50,815 bases of DNA from a virus (Duplodnaviria; Heunggongvirae; Uroviricota; Caudoviricetes): the IMG/VR virus record IMGVR_UViG_3300033072_001087, positions 1 through 50,815 of that record; one strand, 5' to 3'. Each line of letters opens with the position of its first letter. Position 1 is the stretch's first letter. This document shows positions 44,609-50,815 of this stretch, piece by piece. Under the pieces are notes generated by a model. It was not told where the DNA came from and did not search any database. It was given only the letters and a program-made list of their open reading frames with translations. Both the position numbers and the translations under genes were made by a program.

Positions 44609-44953
44609 CTACGGCATATCGACGTAGAAAGCATCGATCCGATCAGCCTCGCAATCGACGCGAATCAGGACGCCGAGTTCAATTGCTTTCTCGGCGATTG
44701 ATTTACCGATATTAACGCGATCCAGCGGGCTATCCGCGTATGTGGTATAAGCGCCGTTGATGCGATTGCGGACGACGTACTGCCCGTCGATCTTCGCAAA
44801 CGTGCTTTGAACCGTAGCGAGTTCGCTGTACGCTTTCGCAAGCCTGCTGTCAGCGTGTTCGGACAGGTTGGTGATCGCCGCGTTCTCGATGGACGCGATC
44901 ACACGCGGGAACAATTTACGGACGATCTTTTCGGCGAGTTTGTCGATGATCAT
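44609..44953 (-). CDS. hypothetical protein
   Basis: ATGA-coupled start. Confidence 0.55.
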   Translation of the reverse strand: MIIDKLAEKIVRKLFPRVIASIENAAITNLSEHADSRLAKAYSELATVQSTFAKIDGQYVVRNRINGAYTTYADSPLDRVNIGKSIAEKAIELGVLIRVDCEADRIDAFYVDMP

Positions 44954-45462
44954 GACAGGTCTCCGATCACGTTGACGCCGTAGCGTTCCAACCAATTTTG
45001 GACACTGATGTTGATGTATCCGCCGCCCTGTACGCGCTGCGGTAAACGCCGCACGATGTCGTCGGGGTTATCGCTGCTGTCGGCGGGGCGGACGATCATC
45101 GACATTCCGACGAAAAACGTCTCGCTGAAAATAATGTCGATGAACGGTTTCTCAACCGCCGGATCCCACTTGTAGCAATCCACGCGAACAGCGAGGGGCT
45201 TCGTGAAGACGTTGTTGTTGGTGACGCGTAGCCAATACCCTGCGCGATGGTCGTACATGAAATCGCCAACTTGCAGCCCGTCCCACATGGCTTTGCGGTG
45301 AATTTCTTCGATTTCGGCGAGTTCAAAACGCGAACAGGTAAACGATCCGGTCGGGTATTGACGCTCGCCGACCCGACCATCGAATTTCACGAAGCCGTGA
45401 AATTGATTGTAATACGCGACGGTTTTGAGATACCCGCCAGCGACGTACTGAATGTGCTGCAT
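44950..45462 (-). CDS. hypothetical protein
   Basis: GGAGG SD. Confidence 0.65.
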   Translation of the reverse strand: MQHIQYVAGGYLKTVAYYNQFHGFVKFDGRVGERQYPTGSFTCSRFELAEIEEIHRKAMWDGLQVGDFMYDHRAGYWLRVTNNNVFTKPLAVRVDCYKWDPAVEKPFIDIIFSETFFVGMSMIVRPADSSDNPDDIVRRLPQRVQGGGYINISVQNWLERYGVNVIGDLS

Positions 45463-45543
45463 GACTAGCCTCCAGATAGACTAAACGAACCAACACATCC
45501 GCCGAAATCCAACAAAATGTTTCTCGGCGGATGAAGCAGTGGT

Positions 45544-45825
45544 TTAGTACGATGCCGTAGGAGGTGTACGGTGAATAGTTGGCGCTGCCGCTTTTAGCTG
45601 CTCCAGATTTGCGTAATACGCCGTCATTCGATTAAGCGATGTCGGTGCGGTATCTGGCGTAGTCTCTTCCACGTCTTTGTCATAGCAATCCGACTGCTCA
45701 TCGAACGTATGGACTGTGACTAGCCGCAGCGTATCGGAATAATCGCTCGCGATTGTGGAATCTACACTCTCGCTGTACGTGTCTTTGCCCTCACGTTTTA
45801 TTTCGTAAAGCCGTTTCTGATCCAT
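45544..45825 (-). CDS. hypothetical protein
   Basis: AGGAG SD before MDQKRLY. Confidence 0.6.
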   Translation of the reverse strand: MDQKRLYEIKREGKDTYSESVDSTIASDYSDTLRLVTVHTFDEQSDCYDKDVEETTPDTAPTSLNRMTAYYANLEQLKAAAPTIHRTPPTASY

Positions 45826-45921
45826 GATGTCTCCTGTGCTAGAAGCGAAAAAGCCGCACGTCGAAAAATGAAACGCGCGAGCGATACTGAACAAAATGTT
45901 TCTTAACCCCGTGCGCGTGGA

Positions 45922-46125
45922 CTAGCGCTGCTCGACGGTTTCCAGAATCCGCCGCAATTCCGCTTTCGACGGCTTCGAGAACCCGCCATCGCGCATACGC
46001 GTGGCTGCATCCTGCACACTGCGCGTGATGTCCAGTGTTCGATCCACCAGCGCAACATCCACCTGTCCGCTAATTGCGATTCTCGCCGTTCCACTCCGTT
46101 TGGGCAATTCGTTGATCGTCCGCAT
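45922..46125 (-). CDS. small hypothetical protein, possibly DNA-binding
   Basis: AAGGAG SD. Confidence 0.55.
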   Translation of the reverse strand: MRTINELPKRSGTARIAISGQVDVALVDRTLDITRSVQDAATRMRDGGFSKPSKAELRRILETVEQR

Positions 46126-46160
46126 GTTTAAGACTCCTTGTGTCTATGCGTTAACGCCAA

Positions 46161-46201
46161 AATTCAAAGCTCTAGAGCAAGGTTGTCTAGAGCTTTGAAT
46201 T
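46161..46201. repeat. 16-bp perfect inverted repeat
   Basis: aattcaaagctctaga-N9-tctagagctttgaatt. Confidence 0.85.
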
Positions 46202-46245
46202 CTAGGTTCAACCCATGACACTAGACTCCGCATACCGTTTAAACG

Positions 46246-46270
46246 CGCTACAATGGGTCAAATTTCAACG
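46246..46270. repeat. 25-bp direct repeat, copy 1
   Basis: cgctacaatgggtcaaatttcaacg; 1 mismatch to 47541-47565. Confidence 0.8.
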
Positions 46271-46372
46271 ATACACAGTACCTAGTATGGTAAGACCTAT
46301 AGCGCATTTAAACGCGAAATTGAGTGCATAACTTAGCCTCATTCTCTCATCTGAGTTTAGACTGTAGACAAC

Positions 46373-46407
46373 AAAAAACGCGGACTCCTGAGGAGTCCGC
46401 GTTTTTT
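46373..46407. terminator. bidirectional terminator
   Basis: aaaaaacgcggactcct-g-aggagtccgcgtttttt. Confidence 0.8.
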
Positions 46408-46426
46408 GATTGATGGGCTGTGAACG

Positions 46427-47323
46427 TTAGCTAACGATGATCCGCGTATAGCGGCGCATGACAGCGCGCAGCACGTTCGTGAGTCCCATTTCAGAGAGCG
46501 TCTCCGTCGCGGGTTGATCGTCCTTGCCCGTGACGCTGATCGTGATGACATACATGAGACGTTCCGCTTGTTTCGCGTTTTTCAGCGCAGCATCATTGCC
46601 CGTGTACACAGGTTGCCCGTCTTTCAAGTATTCACCCTGTGCGCTGAACATATCCGTGCGGACCTCGCGTTGGGCTTTCACGATGACTTCGAATTCCGCA
46701 TTTTTACCATCGCGGTAAATGTTCAGCGTACCATGACGCGAAACATCGTCATACGTGCAATTGGCGAAAACGTTTGTAGCAATCAGCGAATTCGTGATGA
46801 TTCCGCTAACGTCCTTATTCACGTTTTTGTTGAACGCGAATTCCTGCGCGAAGGTGTACTGTGCAACCCCGTCATACGTATCTACAGAGAACATCTTGTA
46901 ATCAACGGATGACTTGCTGCGCACAGCCTTGACCTTACGCGGAACACTTTCAACCCACGCCTTTAGCGCGTCCGCATTGTAGCGGAACGTGACTCCACGT
47001 TCGGACGAAGGGATCATTTCAGCGAAGACTCCCTTGCTCATGATCGTCATGAGGTCTTCGGCTTTCGTGAGACGCGCAACATTCTTTTGTGCATCAACGT
47101 CATAAACGCGAAGCCCAACGTGCATGAAGTCGGCGTGCAATTTCGCGGATTCGCCCTTTTCAGATTTTTTCGGATTCGCGGACGTTTGCGCTTCGCGCTT
47201 CGCGTCCGCTTGTTGCTTGACAAGAGACGCTTGATTCACATCTGCTGGCGGAGTCTTGACATTAGCCAACAGCCCGTTCCCCTTGCTTTCATCAGTGATG
47301 GTTTTCCCTTGTTTGCTGCTCAT
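46427..47323 (-). CDS. hypothetical protein
   Basis: 298-aa ORF with a GGGAG SD. Confidence 0.75.
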   Translation of the reverse strand: MSSKQGKTITDESKGNGLLANVKTPPADVNQASLVKQQADAKREAQTSANPKKSEKGESAKLHADFMHVGLRVYDVDAQKNVARLTKAEDLMTIMSKGVFAEMIPSSERGVTFRYNADALKAWVESVPRKVKAVRSKSSVDYKMFSVDTYDGVAQYTFAQEFAFNKNVNKDVSGIITNSLIATNVFANCTYDDVSRHGTLNIYRDGKNAEFEVIVKAQREVRTDMFSAQGEYLKDGQPVYTGNDAALKNAKQAERLMYVITISVTGKDDQPATETLSEMGLTNVLRAVMRRYTRIIVS

Positions 47324-47540
47324 TTGTTCTACACTCCCTATGTGTGTTTTTCACTGCTCAAAATTGAGCATTGAGCGAAGAATAGCACGTCTCGCGAGTA
47401 TGCGATAGGGCTATCAAGGGTCGAGTTGAAAGAATTTACAATTTTCACAAACTGGACAGAGATACATTCCAGTAGTGATGTCATTAAGAGTAGCAGTTTT
47501 TCCTTTAACCAAAACTCTGTTTTAAAATGCCCTTTTTTGA

Positions 47541-47565
47541 CGCTACAATAGGTCAAATTTCAACG
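47541..47565. repeat. 25-bp direct repeat, copy 2
   Basis: cgctacaataggtcaaatttcaacg. Confidence 0.8.
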
Positions 47566-47669
47566 CAGCACTATACTTGCTTATATTGATAAGGTTTTCT
47601 CTCACGTTTCTAAAATGCCCATTTAAACCCCGTTTTCCCCTTGAAATTTCAATTTTGAGGGACGGATTT

Positions 47670-47699
47670 TTGACCGTTTTTCAAACGCTTCATTATAAT
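47670..47699 (+). promoter_or_regulatory. putative promoter with a palindromic -10
   Basis: TTGACC-18-TATAAT; CATTATAATG gives a -10 on both strands. Confidence 0.45.
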
Positions 47700-47716
47700 G
47701 GGGAAAACCGCTTTTT

Positions 47717-48060
47717 TAGCACACTTGTTCTAAATAAGTCAGTTTTGGTGTAATTAATAGGGTAGCGACCTGTTTTAGCACAAGCGTTCTAAACACGTAA
47801 GTTTGTGTGTAATTAATACGCAGTCGAGCCCCGTAGAACGGAAGTTCTAAAGAAGTCGGTTTGTCTGTAATTAATGGGTCCGTTGCAAGTCTGTCTCTTA
47901 GGTTTTCACAGGTGGAACTGCTAACGAACGCATGTTCTGGTTTGTGGTTTGTTAATAGGAATGCTGCAAACGAGTCACTTAGTTATTCACATACTGCATG
48001 ATTAACGAACGCATGTTCTGATAAGCGTTGTCCTAACAGGAGTTCTATAGGCGAGTCACT
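47717..48060. repeat. array of AC-N4-GTTC operator/iteron-like repeats
   Basis: Three 58-59 bp units, then an 81-bp-period duplication. Confidence 0.75.
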
Positions 48061-48302
48061 ATAGTTTTAATAGCCCGGCAGGTTTTGTGTAAGCGGACCC
48101 CCACCATAGGGTTTTCATTTTTGTAAGCGCCCGGCTAATAGGGGAGCCGCTCTCTCGCGCGACTGATTCAAGAAATACCAAAGTCTTGTCTATGCACATT
48201 ACCGCCCCTCTCGTACGGCTGGCGCAAAAATCATGCGCGCCTGTTTTGTATGATGTAGTATGATATGATGGCAAGAGGTAAATGAGTGATAGGAGATAAG
48301 TC

Positions 48303-48575
48303 GTGTTTAAGCATGGGGATGTAGTTGGACATACTGCAATACGGGGATGGGTTGGTGTAGTGAATGCGGATGTCGATGATCGGATCGGGAGGGTGTCGGT
48401 GTTATGGTTTAGTGGAGAGGCTGCGGAAACAATCAGCTGGATAGAGCCTTCATCAGAAATGCTTTACAAAGTGGATGGCTACGAATTCGAGGCGGCGTTG
48501 GCACTGGGAAATAAATCGGAGATGTTGCGATTGTACTATCTAGAACGGGACAAAGCAAACAGGGGAAATCGATAA
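48303..48575 (+). CDS. hypothetical protein
   Basis: AGGAG SD; GTG start. Confidence 0.6.
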   Translation: MFKHGDVVGHTAIRGWVGVVNADVDDRIGRVSVLWFSGEAAETISWIEPSSEMLYKVDGYEFEAALALGNKSEMLRLYYLERDKANRGNR

Positions 48576-48588
48576 AGGGCATAAAAAT

Positions 48589-48612
48589 CCCCGCACATTG
48601 CAATGTGCGGGG
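48589..48612. terminator. perfect 24-bp palindrome, terminator-like
   Basis: ccccgcacattgcaatgtgcgggg. Confidence 0.5.
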
Positions 48613-48992
48613 CTAGTGAAAGGCGGGCCGTCATGAACGACCGATGTCAAGTATAGCGAATGGGAGGTCAAAGTCAAGCCATACCCCCACTATGAGGTTT
48701 CATGAGGATAGGGCATGGGGAATAGGGTCGAGCGTTCGGCGGCAAAAAAACAAAACCGCGCAATTCGCTGCGCGGTCATGCTCATCGGTCTGCAAACCGA
48801 CGATGCGATCAGAAGATAGTACCAATGCCAGCCTTACTATAGCATGATGCGAGTGGGGTTGTCCAGCGCAAAAGCCGGTAGGTAAAATGAGAATTGATGT
48901 ATAATAAAGGCGGTTATCGAACATTGTGGAAGCGCAAAACAGCCGTTTCAGGCTGATAAAGTAATTTTTATAGAAACGAGAGGGAATAGGGC

Positions 48993-49376
48993 ATGGGACA
49001 ATCAACAGATGCGTTTGCGCGGACAACAGTTACGATTACGTCCGGGCAATCGGTAAGCGAGCTGGTGAATTTAGAGGCAAAACAGTTGTTGGGGATCGGG
49101 GTGGTTGTACCGGCGACGTGGACGGCGGCGGACATCGGATTTGAAGTCTCGTCGGACGGCGGAAGCACATGGATACCGGTCTACAACGCGGAAGGGGAGC
49201 GCGTGTTGATCACTGGAATTGACATCAGCGCGCAGCGCCTTTACATTGCGCCTGCTGAAGCGTGGGTGATCGGGGCGTTCAAGCATGTACGGCTGGTGTC
49301 GCTCAATACGTCTACCGGCGCGGCAGTGAATCAGGGCGCAGGGCGTTCGCTTGTTTTTGTGCGCTTGTCGTCTTAG
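48993..49376 (+). CDS. putative virion/beta-sandwich protein
   Basis: Beta-rich; PATWTAADIGFEVS; first gene of the rightward block. Confidence 0.55.
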   Translation: MGQSTDAFARTTVTITSGQSVSELVNLEAKQLLGIGVVVPATWTAADIGFEVSSDGGSTWIPVYNAEGERVLITGIDISAQRLYIAPAEAWVIGAFKHVRLVSLNTSTGAAVNQGAGRSLVFVRLSS

Positions 49377-49385
49377 TGTGCAAAG

Positions 49386-50372
49386 ATGAAATCGCAATTA
49401 GGACTCGTCCTTCGGATTCCGGCGTATATGCGCGATGCTGGAGTCATTCCAACGATTACCGCGCCTGCTGCAAGCGCGTTTGTGACGACGCGGACGCCGA
49501 CGATTACATGGAGCGAGTTCGGATCCGCGGATGAAATTGAAGTGGCGCAAACGCTGACCGGGACGCCGACCGCAACAGGAATTTCGACAGGCAGCTACAC
49601 GACTGCGGCGCTGGCGATCTCCGACTCGCCGTATTACGCGCGCGTTCGTCAGTCGGGCGGAGAGTGGTCAGAGTCGGTCGCGTTCTATGTATCGCTGCTG
49701 GCAGCCGGAACAATGTTCCTGTGGCTTCAGGGCGGTTTCGAGATGTATCAAGACACCGCTGGAACTATCCCGGCAGCGGTGACTGGCGACCCGATTGGTA
49801 AATGGGGGGATCGGTCGGGGCAAGCCAACCACGCCCTACAATCCGGTGACAGCGGACTCAAGCCGCGCGTCTTGGAGAGCGCGATCAATAGCAAGTCGGC
49901 ACTCAAATTCGACGGTATAGACGACTTTTTAAGTATCGCCAATGCCAACAGCCTCAAACCGAATAATCTGCAACTCTATATCGTCTGTGAAATCCCTTCT
50001 GGGACAGGCGGTTTTCGCGTGCTGTCAAAAGGCGCTGCCGGGTATCGTGGGCCCAGCAGGGAAGCCGTCAACACCAATCTCCGATGGGATATGGCAAATT
50101 CCAGCGATGTGCAGATTACTTCACCCACAACAGGTGCAGTGATCACACGAGTCAAATACAACAGGACAAGAATCGCTTTCAAAATTACAGGTAAAAACGA
50201 GGTAACTGCGGCACACACGACCGCAATCAGCGGCACAGACCCGCTAACTCTATCTGCCATAACATTCGATAAATGGATTTATCTCGTAGCGGGATATTCC
50301 GCCGAATTGGGCGCTGCTGAACAAGCCGCCGTTGAATCCTATCTAACCGCACTCACTGGTTTGTCCGTATGA
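49386..50372 (+). CDS. putative tail/virion protein with a LamG-like domain
   Basis: KWGDRSGQANHALQ...KP...AINSKSALKFDGIDDFL; Thr/Ser/Ala-rich. Confidence 0.55.
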   Translation: MKSQLGLVLRIPAYMRDAGVIPTITAPAASAFVTTRTPTITWSEFGSADEIEVAQTLTGTPTATGISTGSYTTAALAISDSPYYARVRQSGGEWSESVAFYVSLLAAGTMFLWLQGGFEMYQDTAGTIPAAVTGDPIGKWGDRSGQANHALQSGDSGLKPRVLESAINSKSALKFDGIDDFLSIANANSLKPNNLQLYIVCEIPSGTGGFRVLSKGAAGYRGPSREAVNTNLRWDMANSSDVQITSPTTGAVITRVKYNRTRIAFKITGKNEVTAAHTTAISGTDPLTLSAITFDKWIYLVAGYSAELGAAEQAAVESYLTALTGLSV

Positions 50373-50815
50373 GCGAGTGGACATACACGCTTTATGCTTT
50401 CGTCCCCGCTGCGCAAGTTGGAGCGTTCCTTGATTTCGCATCTCTGCGATTGATCGAGGCGGGAGACGAAACGTACATTCTAAATCGCTGGCAGTACAGC
50501 GCCAGTGGCTCTCAGCCCTATGAATACGCCGCGTGTAATATTCCATTGCCTAACGACCATCTCAGCGCATTTGTGGATGCGCTGAGTAACGCGTTCACTG
50601 GAGCAAAATACTACATCACATCGTTTCCGGACGGCGTAGTTGCCTATACGTCAAGCGGTACGGTTTCTGTCGGCAGCACACTTACCCACGCGGGCGCAAT
50701 TGCTGACGCCATGATAGGGAAGTCGGTCATTGCTTCACCCGTTCAACTTCAATTGCTTTCAACAACCTATGACGCCGACGATCTCGATGGTATGGGTGTT
50801 ACTGAGGGTGGGAAC
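50369..50815 (+). CDS. partial ORF running off the window end
   Basis: ATGA overlap with the previous stop; open frame MSEWTYTLYAF... to the edge. Confidence 0.6.
   Translation, partial: MSEWTYTLYAFVPAAQVGAFLDFASLRLIEAGDETYILNRWQYSASGSQPYEYAACNIPLPNDHLSAFVDALSNAFTGAKYYITSFPDGVVAYTSSGTVSVGSTLTHAGAIADAMIGKSVIASPVQLQLLSTTYDADDLDGMGVTEGGN

Noticed and set aside
45511-45903. AACAAAATGTTT as a LexA box
   Set aside because: Dyad spacing is one base longer than GAAC-N4-GTTC; kept only as an unassigned motif.

Overview
The window looks like a segment of a large dsDNA phage or phage-plasmid genome. It has dense short ORFs, sigma70/sigmaA-type promoters, no ribosomal or housekeeping operons, and a probable virion gene at the right end. 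There are four orientation blocks. (1) 1-7.5 kb, minus: a ParM/ParR-like partition cassette with iterons, a PD-(D/E)xK nuclease, a UvrD helicase and a DUF559-like endonuclease. (2) 7.7-25.7 kb, plus: an RNA island with 18 tRNA genes, several unexplained structured RNAs, a WGR-PARP, RtcB, an RlaP-like nucleotidyltransferase and a Ro60/TROVE gene. (3) 25.8-47.3 kb, minus: mostly hypothetical genes plus MazG-like, DUF4326, ParB-like, ArdC, pyrimidine-dimer glycosylase and pentapeptide-repeat genes. (4) A ~1 kb AT-rich repeat region, then plus-strand probable structural genes. The standout is an array of seven Y-RNA-like elements upstream of Ro60. They share a covarying scaffold (GGGGCGC-N8/9-GGTTATC...TATCC) but carry different tRNA-derived cargos, from circularly permuted tRNAs that keep an anticodon arm down to a lone anticodon-like hairpin. 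All assignments come from reading motifs by eye; no searches or folding were run, and many start codons were adjusted by eye.
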